Positions 34,414-46,600 of a stretch of 64,000 bases of DNA are shown piece after piece. The notes under the pieces are model-generated. The model saw only the letters and a list, made by a program, of their open reading frames with translations. It searched no databases and was not told the DNA's origin. Source of the stretch: Podarcis bocagei (taxonomy: Eukaryota); the NCBI GenBank assembly GCA_964188305.1, contig OZ076885.1. One strand, given 5' to 3'. Position numbers and translations under genes: made by a program. How positions within the stretch are numbered: the first letter of the stretch is position 1; each line of letters starts with the position of its first letter.

Positions 34414-36519
34414 TTGGTTTCTATTGATTTATTAGTTTCTTTGTTGCCTGTATAGGATATTGTTTTTTAATGTTTGATGTTTTGTTGTGTTTTTATATAT
34501 GTTGTAAGCTGCTCAGAGAGGCTGGGGAAACCCAGCAAGATGGGTGGGATATTAAAAAATAATAATTAAAAAAGGTATTATTATTATTATTATTAAGAAT
34601 TGAAATGCCACTGCAGAAAATCTCCTGTTTCTGGTATTCACAAAATAAGTCTGATTTAAAGGGAGGACAGAGCCTAAGACAATAATATTAAACAACTAGT
34701 ACACTGTACCTTTCAGAGCACCCTTCTCCTCACTTTGCTGGTATGTCCAAAGAAGGCACAGGGATAAAATATTTCCAATCCAAGTAATGATATCAGTTCT
34801 ATGCATGGTGTCATGGAAATGCAGTTTGTCCTAGGTAGGATTTTAGTTATCTTAAATAAATAGGCAAGGCCACAGATAACCAGCAAGACATCCAGTAGGT
34901 ACGCCTTTATTTATTTAATTCTACTGGAGTAGGTCTGGACCTCAAGGTCAAAAGCCAAAAGTGCTGCCTTTCAACAACCTAAATTTGAATGTTTCATAAT
35001 AATCCGTTCATAATATTTCTGAAATGTGACTGGTAATTTCTCCTGTTGTTCATGTTTTACATAAAGAAGAAACACTTTTAGAGCAGTATTCAAAGTATGC
35101 CAGAATAAATTATAATTAATCCAAGTAATGATATCAGTTCTATGCATGATATTTGCTATTTGTGTTATACATAAACAGAAGGGTTGCATCCAGTCGTGCC
35201 TTTCAGCAAACAGGAGAGTCCTTTCATTCATGAAAGAGTATTTTGCCTAATGAAAGCTTTCACTAGTGGAAGAAAGGAGGCAATTTGTCCTTCCCAACTG
35301 TTCTAGAAGGTCCTCCAACCCTTCAGAACAGATTTCTCGGCAGCTATGGGGGGAAATCAGCGAAGATCAGCCCCACTTCCATTAGCAGAGGTGTCAGCTG
35401 GATGTAAAGCCCTTCCGCCTGTGGAACAGAAGAATTAGATTCCACCCAATGATCTCATTGTTGCAGTTCTGCATAATTTTTCATTGCATGGCTCTTAAGT
35501 CCTTAAAAGTTTATTCAGCTCCATACTACTAAGCAGTAACTGCATAATTGAATGTGCCTCCGAGACAGCGTTTGAGACTTCCCTGAATTAGTAATGCCCA
35601 AAGGACTATTTATGGTGGTTTGTAATTAAGAGACTGGGGGCCTTATTTCTTTCTAATTAGAGCTTGCCTCCAAATTGTCATTCATACTGAGAAAGTTATC
35701 CCATAATGCCACAAGCTTAATGAAAAGAATTTGTCTTTGAACACAAACACCTTATTCCTCTGGTACCTGGAAACCCTATGGGACAGGGACATAAAAGAAT
35801 GAGCAGAAGAAATGTAATCATTCTTTGGGTTCATTAGTCACACAATTTGCATCTAAAGGTGAAACTGGATTCTGACCGTGCTAATATGTAAAAACTGCAG
35901 GTTGTATTCAACTAAGGCATTGCCTAAGAGGAACAACCTCTGATAATGGAACAGAAATACCACTCGCTCTTCTCCGCACCCCATCCCATGCACCCCTCAA
36001 ATCTATTTTGGGAGTCCCCCAACTCTCTGGATGATGTGGATGTGTTTGTAGAGGTGCACAAGGGCAGGAGAGGAAATTCTGTTGTGCAAGTTGTTCTGCT
36101 TGTGCAATGACTTAATTGAATTCAACCCAGGATGTTAGAATACCAACTTCCAATTGCTTCCCTCCAAATCCTCTTTTTGAAGCATACTCCAAAGATGTAG
36201 CTATGTTCATCAGTGCCCATCAGGCAGGGCACTTGACCTTCCCCCTTCCAGAATCCTAGATGTATTTTAATGTACACAGCCACATGAACTTCCAGCTAAC
36301 AAGAAGTGTAGAGCGATTTCTGAGAGATTTAGAGTGATCCCATTGAGAGTGGCTGCCCAACTAAGAATCTCTGCCCATTGCTGGAGAACGTTCCTGCTCC
36401 AGGAGACAGCTTAGATGAATGCTGCTTGTTCTGATCTAATGACCCAATGACCTAATGATCCTGCTTCTGCAAATGTTATCCAATTTTGAAACCCTAGAAA
36501 TACAATAATATAAACCAAT

Positions 36520-36886
36520 GCACACCCTGCAACTGTCCTGGAAAAAACGGGACATCCCGTTTCCCCCCACAACAGCTTGGTGGCCGTTTTGGGTGCTATG
36601 CTCTCACGAGATACTAGGATGTGATCTCACCCCGAAAAAAGCACTTTTTCAGGACTGTGATCTTGAGCAGTGCCCCAAAACATATATTTTGAGGGTGCTG
36701 TCCCCCCAAAGTGTTTTTTTGAAGCAGTGATCTTACTTGGTGCCCCCAAATGTGCTTTTTGGAGCACCAAGCCTGAAAAAGCACTTTTGAGGAGCCACAA
36801 TCTCACGCAGGTCACGTGACTTGTGCAGGAGTGTGGCCCCAGAAGATGGTGTTCCAGTTTTCCCACACACCATGTTGGAGGGTATA
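36520..36886. mobile_element. probable old MITE with internal degenerate repeats
   Basis: Imperfect terminal inverted match CACCCTGCAAC / GTTGGAGGGTA; repeated AAAAAGCACTTTT and CCCCAAA motifs. Confidence 0.4.
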
Positions 36887-38221
36887 CAAATGAGTTGTGG
36901 TGCCTTTTTGTGTTCAGGTGAGGAGCTTGCGGGTACTTCTAGACCCTGCCCTTCTTTTTGAGGAGTATGTGGGGGCAGTAGTCAAAGGTAACCCAGCAGA
37001 ATAGAAACCAACAATGCTGACATGGTTCTCAAGAAATGGACAGTGAAAAGCCTTTTCTTTGGGAACTGTGTACTGATCATTAGGAACAAAAGTGACGTGA
37101 GAGAACAGAAGAGTACAAGCATTTTGTTTTCTCATCAATATATATGCAGTCACATTTATTTCAGCACTCATTTTAGAAAGACCTAAAACCCACATAATAC
37201 CACTCTGTACCCCTTGAGAATTTCTTATGTTTTTCAGCCCCCAAGATAACCTTTTTTCCTAATTGATATGCTAATCACATTAATGTTTGAGCTTTCCAAA
37301 ATTCTAATTAACAGCTTGCTTTGTCTCCAGCTAATTCACTAAATACTTGTTTCTTAACAAGATTACAGGAGGCGGTGGATTTCCATTTTAGAACAAAACT
37401 GCTATCCTATATAAATCTAACCAAGTTTAACTGTTTTACACTGAAGTTCTATGCACACTTATCTAGAAGTTCCATTGCACCCAATGGGCCTTATGTAGGA
37501 GCAGACAGGTATAGGATTGCACTGCCAACTTCTCCTGAACAAACTATTGTTTTGTTTTTCATTCCTTTATTTAATTCATTTTATATGAAGAACTCAAGTA
37601 TTACTGCAGCTTCCTGGGTGTTCTGAGAGCTCCAAGTCCCCTCATGAAACTAAATTCTTAGGATCTATGGAGGGGTGAAGAAGCAATCCATGAGTTACGT
37701 AGACACTCTAACTTCTGAAGGCAGGAGTGGGGAGAGATGTCAGTGTATAAACAGGTTCCATATGAAAAATTCACAAATCAATTACCTAAGTGTATTTAGA
37801 TTGCTTTAATAAGAGGACCTGCAACACAATGTTGCAGTGGAGCAGCCCACTCTGTTCCAGTCAGCCATGCCCTCCCTCACAATGCTCCATTGCATTCTTT
37901 CTCCCTCCCATCCACTCCTGTTGAGGAGCCAAAAGTTAGCAAGTGAGGACAAACACACACACACCCCACAAAAGCCCCCATGGGCTGTTTGAGAGGTTTC
38001 TTCACCCTTTTAGGCTTTTCTCTTGCCAGATTTTTTGTACTTCTGCAAAAATTTGTGGTTCTCCTGAGCTAGCTGATACCACCATCCTGTGTATAGGTGC
38101 CGCTTTGACTTTATAAGCAGTGGCATTCATGTGTGGGCATCAGATTTAGAAGTATTTCTGCCTGGCATTCTTATTCAAGTGTTGATGCTTTGATATACCC
38201 TGTATCTCTTCAGTACATAAG

Positions 38222-38284
38222 GTTGTTGTTGTTTAGTCGTTTAGTCGTGTCCGACTCTTCGTGACCCCATGGACCAGAGCACGC
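38222..38284 (-). mobile_element. Bov-B LINE 3' tail (heavily truncated)
   Basis: (CAA)n tail, GAGTCGGACACGACT motif, TSD CAGTACATA. Confidence 0.8.
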
Positions 38285-39837
38285 CAGTACATATGGTAGT
38301 ATTCAACAAAATAATTGTGCTAGCAATTAGTGCTACTAAAATAGGATTTCCCCTACCTCTGTGCATGCCACATTCGGTCCCACAATCTGCTCTGGTGGTT
38401 GGGGGAACCCTTAGAACAGATTTAGAAGGTGTATGGGGGAGGAAGAATGTTCCACTGAGAAAAGAATATCCCTTGTGCTGAGAGAGCTGATGACTTTGTG
38501 CTACATTGAATACAACCCATAACCTCCAAAATTGATTTTCCATGACACCCCAAACCCATCAGTTTAGATTGGTTTTATGAGAATATTGTGCAAGAAACAA
38601 AAGAAAGGAATGGAAATAAAGTTCATACAGAATGTGGCACAAACATGACAAGGGAAGGCCAACAGCCAGAAAGAAAATGGAAGAAAGATAAGTAAATGAC
38701 CCTGAGAGAAACCGAGGTGGGAGATGGTTTGCGTGTTATGAAAGCAAATTATCTTCTTGACATACAGTTCTACATTTCCTACAAAGATTAGATAACTATA
38801 GACATGAACTAATGTTCTGTTATCAGCTTCACATGACAGATTTTTATACCTTATATATGAAAGTCAGATATGGCTAACTATTGGGGTTAAAACTATTATC
38901 TGACCCTGTTCTTTGTAATAGACAGTGGAGGAGGCTGGCAAAAAGGAAGTTTCTTGGTGGTTGTTTTTCTTGCACAGCTTTTAAAAACAAAGTTTGGAGA
39001 TTCCTTTGGCAATGTGAAGTGGTATAGAAATGATTTAAAGAAACAATTGAACAAATAAATAATACAGTTCGAAGAGGATCAGATGCAGTGTTAACTCTCC
39101 TTCCATATCCACCCAGTTGCCCTATCCTATCATAGACTGGTTGAGCACATGGGACTTTGGGGATAGATGTGTCTGCTTTTGCAATGTCCTTGAAGAGTCA
39201 GGAGCCCAGGGACCATACTTGTACACTGTGGGATGCAACACACCAATACATCACCCTATATGCTGACACAACTGCTCTGAAGAATGGGCTTTCTCAGCCT
39301 TTAAACTCCTCTAATGGCTCTTAGTGGATTGTTCTGTGCACTGCGCTCTGTTTTTCCCCCTTCTGAAAGGACATTAAGGGTAGTCAGTATCTGCTGTATT
39401 AGAATACATGAGGATAACTTAACAAACCACCATTTTATTATAGCTGTTTATTTGTATTCAGCTTTATCCATATTATACATTAAGTATTCACATATTGATT
39501 AAATGAGAGGAAAAATCAGCTAAAGAAGTTTCAGCGAATCTAGTCCTTAAAAATGGAGAAACAAAGATGTTATAATTTACATTTCTCTAATAAGTCAACT
39601 GCTTTTTTCTTTACTATAGTCAAGTGATTGTTTTCATTGTTCTTTTCATTTAATCTTTCCTATTCAGTTATGTAAATAAAATATGTACAGACATTCACAG
39701 TTAAAATTTAAGATAATTTGCAACCAATACATTAGTATAAACAGTATATACAGTAACAAAAGATAAATGGTATTCAACATAAACTGGAAAAGCAACTAAC
39801 ACAGGCAATCATGTTACTCTACACCAAAAATATATTT

Positions 39838-39971
39838 TCACCCACTGATAAGTTCCTGGATACTGATAGCTTTCTTGTAATCAGCAATAGCTTCTTTCAT
39901 TAAACCCATCTTGCCACGAATATCAGCTCTGAGTTTAAACATCAGGGAATCATACGGCTGAATTGACAGTG
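39838..39971 (-). CDS. TTC6: TTC6 terminal coding exon (ALSIQPYDSLMFKLRADIRGKMGLMKEAIADYKKAISIQELISG*)
   Basis: ttacag acceptor, 134 nt ending in TGA; AT-rich 3' UTR with AATAAA/ATTAAA on the minus strand near 39430-39655. Confidence 0.88.
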
Positions 39972-40544
39972 CTGTAAGAAGTTAGCATGGTTATTAGTGA
40001 TTTCTCAGAGTAAATAAGAATGATATGCTAATATTCATCTGAAAGTGCTTGCATAATTTGGATATAGTTTATTGTGCAATCATCTTCATATCTACTCAGA
40101 AACATGTCCAGACAAGATAGTCTAAATATTAATTTATTCTATTTTGATATTCAGTCTGTCTCATAGGTTCAAAATGCAGAGAATTTCTTTTGCTGCCGCC
40201 TCAATCGAAAGGCAGGAATGTACCTTGGGGTCCCTTCCAGGATCAGAGCTGGAAAAAAGCACTAGGGGGAGCTAAACCTACCTGGGTTCAGTGTGACATC
40301 ACAAGAGGAAGGAGGAGATGCTAAAAAGCAGTTTGCCCACCTCCAAACACAATTCAAGCCTCATACTGTTGACCAACTATGCAATCCAGACACATCTAGA
40401 TTGAAAGTTTACACTCCCTACTTCATGCAGCATTTTTAGGGCTGCATAGTTCTGACCATTGGGATCAGAGAGATCATTTAACAGACCATTTTGAAGTTTT
40501 GCAATGCCTTTTTAAAAGAAGAGGAAGGTACATAAACTACAGTG

Positions 40545-40605
<61 letters not shown>

Positions 40606-43600
40606 ATTTTTACCTTTTGAAATGGCTTCCTCAGCTTGCTCATATTCCTGCAATGTACTGTAGAGATTTGCCTTGTTAAAATATATTGCTGCCGAGAAAG
40701 GAGAGAGGCAAATTGCCTGCTCAAAATCTGCTTTTGCTTCTTCAAATTTCTTTAACAGTGTATTTGTAATAGCTCGATTTAGGAATGCAGATTCATTTGT
40801 TGGATCAAGCATCAGTGCCTTGGAATAATAGTTATTTGCCTGAAAAAATAAATAAAATGTATATGCATTTTGAAATTGCTTATTACTTTTGTTTTATAAA
40901 ATCACTAACAACAACATGAGAAATGAATGAAGAATTTTGTTTTAGGGAAGCCTGGTTGTATTCCAGTCTAGATGTTTTCTCCTGTAATTGCCCAATTTGC
41001 TCATTCATTCAGACAAACATTATTCCAAACAATTGTATTTTGTTGTTTTCTCCCCCATCCCATTTTTTTCAGTTGTTGATTTACTGCAAAACTTTATTGT
41101 TGTTGTTTATTAAATTTCTATACTGCCCTTCAGCCAAAGATCACAGGTCGGTTTACAATATAAAACACAAAAATGTGTAACATACTAACAAACAGAAACC
41201 ATGCCCCAGAAACCATACCCCCTACACTTCAAACTTCCACTACAGCTGCAGAATAGTAGTATCAGGTGTGAACTGACTGCAGTACTATTGCTTCACCTGG
41301 GGCAAAGGAATAGTCTGTTTGATCCGAGCCAGGACTACTGCCAATAACAGAACTGTATTTTATACAGCGGTACCTCGGGTTACATACGCTTCAGGTTACA
41401 GACTGCTTACCCAGAAATATTACCTCGGGTTAAGAACTTTGCTTCATGATGAGAACAGAAATTGTGCAGTGGCGGCAGAAGGCCTCATTAGCTAAAGTGG
41501 TGCTTCAGGTTAAGAACAGTTTTAGGTTAAGAACAGACCTCCAGAACGAATTAAGTTCTTAACCCAAGGTACCACTGTATTGCTTTTGATATGTTCTTAA
41601 AATTATTTCACATGTGGTCATTTTGTAAAAGGTTTTTGCAGTATATCACTTCAAAACTGCTTAAATGTGAAGCAATTAATAAATTCAAAAAGCAAACAAA
41701 TAATCCATTGGCAGTACTTTTGATGACAAAAAATAATTATTATTCCTTTTCAGCAGTGAACTTTTCTGGACTTCCAGAAAAACACATAAAGGACTATCAG
41801 TTTCACCTGCTGCATCTATATCAATGCTGACGTGCACAAATTGCCTTTTTGGAGAAGGAAAGTCAACAGTAACAAGGGTGGTAAGCAGTAGACCGTATGA
41901 ATGCTGGAAAGGGCTGCCTTTCCTTCTAAAGACTGCCTTCCCCTTTGCATGGGGATTATATAATACATAAACATTACTGAACAAGGTTGGTCCTACAATA
42001 ATGCTTGCAAAAATGCATTGCTATCTACAATGCATTCTGATATATTTGGTTATTAAGTTATTCAGTGGATCAAAAATTTGCTCAAATTCTCATGATTTTT
42101 CGGAAATTTAAAATGCAGAACAGTAAAGAACATTTCATAAGACTTTCTGATAACTAGCATTCTATTTGTCCCACGCTTTATTACAAAGTTATACATTAGA
42201 GTACCATTATCAGATGTCATTTCTAACTTGAAAGACGCTAATTATAGCTACAGAAGTAGAGTATATTAATTTAATATCTGGGAATGGCCTTTTTTGTCAC
42301 AAAAACAGCTAGTTCGGGAATGCAAAATTTTAAGTACTGTGTAATAAAAAGGTAAAGGTACTCCTGACTGTAAGGTCCAGTCGCAAACGACTCTGGAGTT
42401 GCAGCGCTCATCTCGCTTTATTGGCCGAGGGAGCCGGCATACAGCTTCCGGGTCATGTGGCCAGCATGACAAAGCCGCTTCTGGCAAACCAGAGCATCGC
42501 ACAGAAACGCCATTTACCTTCCCGCCGCAGCGGTACCTATTTATCTACTTGCACTTTGACGTGCTTTCGAACTGCTAGGTGTGCAGGAGCTGGGACCGAA
42601 CAACGGGAGCTCACCCTGTCGCAGGGATTTGAACTGCCGACCTTCCGATCAGCAAGCCCTAGGCTCTGTGGTTTAGACCACAGGGCCACCTGCATCCCTA
42701 AGTACTGTGTACATAAATCCCAGTGCGTGGTATGAACACATCCAAGCAGATACACGATCCTGCAGCCTTGCATTTGCTAGTTCCTCCTACGCTTGCTGTT
42801 GCTATTGGTGTTGTTGACAGATCAGTAGACAGAGCACTGCTGTAGGGCAAGCAACTGCCCAGTACCCCACAGTACTGCAATATGGGGGAAGTGCATTAGA
42901 GTCTAGCAAAGTTCTCCCTTCTGCCTCCACCCCAAAACTTGTACAGAGTGACCTTTCCAGTCAGCCTGGAAAATCAGGATGTGAGTCACCCGCCCTTGAG
43001 CTTTAAGACAAAAATGCTTTTTAAGGATTGTGCTAAAAAATCATCTACTAACTGAAATCATGCAAGCAAACTATTCCAAAGAAAAGAGTTCAGGAAAATT
43101 AGCGTGCACAGAATCAAATACAGACCTGTGAAAACTGCCTGTTGTTAAAGTAGATATTTGCTGCATTGAAATATGCCAAAGCATAGCTGGGGTCAATGGA
43201 GATAGCTTGCTGATAATCTTTCATGGCACAGTTTAAATATCCCATAAACTGGTTAATGACACCTCGATTAGTAAGCAGCTCTGCACTTGTAGTTACCTGA
43301 AATATAGTCAACATAAATAAAATTGTAGGAATAGAACTCATAAAGGACATGGTTGTTAGAAATAGACAGTAATATCTTGATCTTGACAGTTACCTTCAAA
43401 TTATGATATAAAAGCGGAGATGTTAATATACAGCAGCAGAGCAGATATATTGTCAGGGAAGATAAAAAAATTCCTTCCAGTAGCACCTTAAAGACCAACT
43501 AAGTTAGTTCTTGGTATGAGCTTTCGTGTTGGTCTTTAAGGTGCTACTGGAAGGAATTTTTTTATTTTGACTATGGCAGACCAACACAGCTACCTATCTA

Positions 43601-46600
43601 CTGTCAGGGAAGAGTTAGAGTTAGAAGATTCCAGTTTCCCAGAGGGAGAAAGCATTCCCCAAGGGGGGGAGGAGAGCAGTGAATTGAAGAGAAGAGAGCA
43701 ACAGGGAGGGACCGGCTGTTCCCAGGAAAGGCAAGGGTTAAGTTCTAGCTCAGATTCGGAGGAGGGGAGATACAAGCCAGCTCTAGCCAGGAGGTTAGAA
43801 AAAAGAGCAGGAAAGCGAAGGGAAGGGCGCCTTCGCCATTTTGAGAGTGGCTGGTCATGGAGAAGCAGAGCTCAGAAGGTATCTGAAAAATGTTTAGGGG
43901 TACTCTCATTTTCCTACTCATATTGAAATACTGCCCCTCAATGAGGCCAAACCTAGATTCACAAAATGTTTAGGGGTATGCATACCCCTGCGTCCCCCCA
44001 GAAAAAAGCACTGTCCACAATTATCTATATTCTTAATAATCATATATCACCCACAGCCGTGATCCGTCCATCCACCTGAGAAGTATCTTAGGCACAAGAT
44101 AGATGTTTCTCCCCCAAGGAATGGATCCCTTCTAAGGGAATGTTTCCCTCTTCCTAAAGGTGGACACTCTCCTTCACCAAGACCCTCGATCTCCCTGGCA
44201 ACTATGATATCTCTGAAGCCCTCCTCCTCCACTCTCTCTGCCCCTCTTGCCTTTTACAGCATGAAATGGAAATGGGCACTATGAAATGCTGTGGCAGCTG
44301 CAGTTAAGAAAGCTAACTTAAGAGAGAGAAGTCAACTCTCTCTCACATGAGCAGTAAAAAGAATGTTGCAGAATTGCCCTGAGAACCTGGGGAAATCGGG
44401 ACACGCAATCCATCACATACATGTCTTGTATGCCAGCCTGTGAAAGGCTGAGTGCATATGAGCAACTGTCAAAGATGAGCAAATTATAAGCAAATTGGAG
44501 ATACTGTGGAAAGACAGAGTTTACATGAAGGGTATAAATTACAAGCAAGGAAGGACACTGCAAATGATCAGTAAAAGATCAAATATTTACCTTGAGTGCA
44601 GCATTTGTATCTTGAAAGGCAGCAAAGGTATCGCCCATCTGAAGAGAGACTACAGCTCGCCCATCATAAGCAATGTGACACTTGGGATCAATATAAAGAA
44701 CTGCTGAAAACTGGGCCCAAGCTTTCTGAAACTTTCCAAGAGCCTACAATAATTTAACATAACCAGTAACAAAATCAGACACAGTAAAAAAAACCTCTCA
44801 CCTCTTTAAAAATGTGTCTACGTCAAACTGGTCCCCTCAAGATATTTTGGACTACATCTTCCATCATCCTGAACCAGTAGATAATCAGTTACAGATGGGT
44901 AGCCGTGTTGGTCTGCCATAGTCAAAATAAAAAAATTCCTTCCTGTAGCACCTTAAAGACCAACTAAGTTAGTTCTTGGTATAAGCTTTCGTGTGCATGC
45001 ACACTTCTTCAGATACACAGTGTATCTGAAGAAGTGTGCATGCACACGAAAGCTTATACCAAGAACTAACTTAGTTGGTCTTTAAGGTGCTACAGGAAGG
45101 AATTTTTTTATTTTGACAGTAGATAATCAGTAAAAGAAGTCCAGAAAATGAACCTTGAATTGTCGTCTTATAATCAGATTTTAATGAAGTAAAATACATG
45201 TTACAATTCTAAATAGTTTGATTTTATCCAGTAAAACCAAACCTGTCTTCTCAGGCTCATTATCCATTATATATTGTAGAAAGTGAAAACCTGCAAATGT
45301 CATGGGCACAGAAATCCAAATGTCTCAGCACCAGTCTGGAGCTCTGTCAGCCTTTGCTGGCCATCACCTGCAGTGTGATGTAAACATCACCTGCTGAGTG
45401 ATGCCAACCGGCATCACTCTGTTGGTGCCAACTTCCTTCTGGATAGCGTACTCCAATCTCCCTTTGTGTTGGTCTTGCAACAACCATGTGGGCAAATTCA
45501 CTCCTGGCAAGATTTCTTCTGCTAGCAGCCAGTGTGGAGCACTGAAAAAAGATGTCCCAACAGAGGAGCTGAGCTACCTTGGTACCCGTTGGATCCCAAA
45601 CCAGCCCCACATTACGCTGATGCACAAAAAACCCACTGCTCTGTATTCCCCTACCTACTGGTTGGGGGCCAGTTTTAGAACTGTTCACCAACTGTGCAAT
45701 CCTTTGCATGTTACAAGAAAGCATGTGAAGCTGTTTACAGAAGCTTGTGAAGACTGAAAACACTACTTGCCACGTAGGTATTTGTTGGAGGTATATCGAC
45801 AAAACTGCCCAAAGGCTGTAAAGCTAGTTCCTAATTTAAATGAGTATTATTTCAAAACAATGTGTAAAGAGCTGCTTTATGACAAACCACAATAGCAATA
45901 CAGTGAGCTATATGAAATGCAAAGAAAGGGTAATTTGTAATTTCCTTTTTCATATCTCAGTTAATGCAGAACTATTCCAATCCGTTGACTGCTGTGTTGT
46001 GCAAGAGTTTCCCAGCAAAGTTTCATTTTAGGACTAACATGTCAACATTTCCACTAGCTTGTATCCATAATTGTTCTTCCATTTGTGGAAAGGTTTCTTC
46101 CATTCACAGGAGGATCTTTGATCCAGCAGAGACCCCAACTGGTGGAAAGCGGGGATGGAGGTATTTTCTCCAATCCTGCCTTCCCACTGCAGCACCCACT
46201 TACACCTTTCTGGAGGGCTATGTAGCTCAGAGCATATTTCCAAGGAGCATAGGGGGTGGCAGGAAGAATTAGTGAAAACTGCTCCCCCCCGCCTTCTGTC
46301 AGCAGGAGTACCCCATGAGCCAAGTGCTATGCACAGAATCTCTAGATCCAAGGCTATATGTAGAAGCTCCTCCTCACTTACTGAAATAGTCATGTTTTAA
46401 TTGCAGTGCCGCTATCTCAGTAGGACCGATCTTCTATAGTAATGTCTCATACCTCTATGACTCTGCCAGTCTCTTTCTCCTTAACCACTTTGCCAGTGCT
46501 GTGACAAAGGGTTCTAGTCTGGACTTTAACATGATTTATTACTAGGGATCATAGTTGTAAATTTCCTGCCTAAAGCCCATATAATCTCTGTCTCTCATTT

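Noticed and set aside
45347-46400. 119-151-aa ORFs in a TTC6 intron
   Set aside because: No recognisable domain; the TTC6 frame is complete without them; probably decayed repeat or chance
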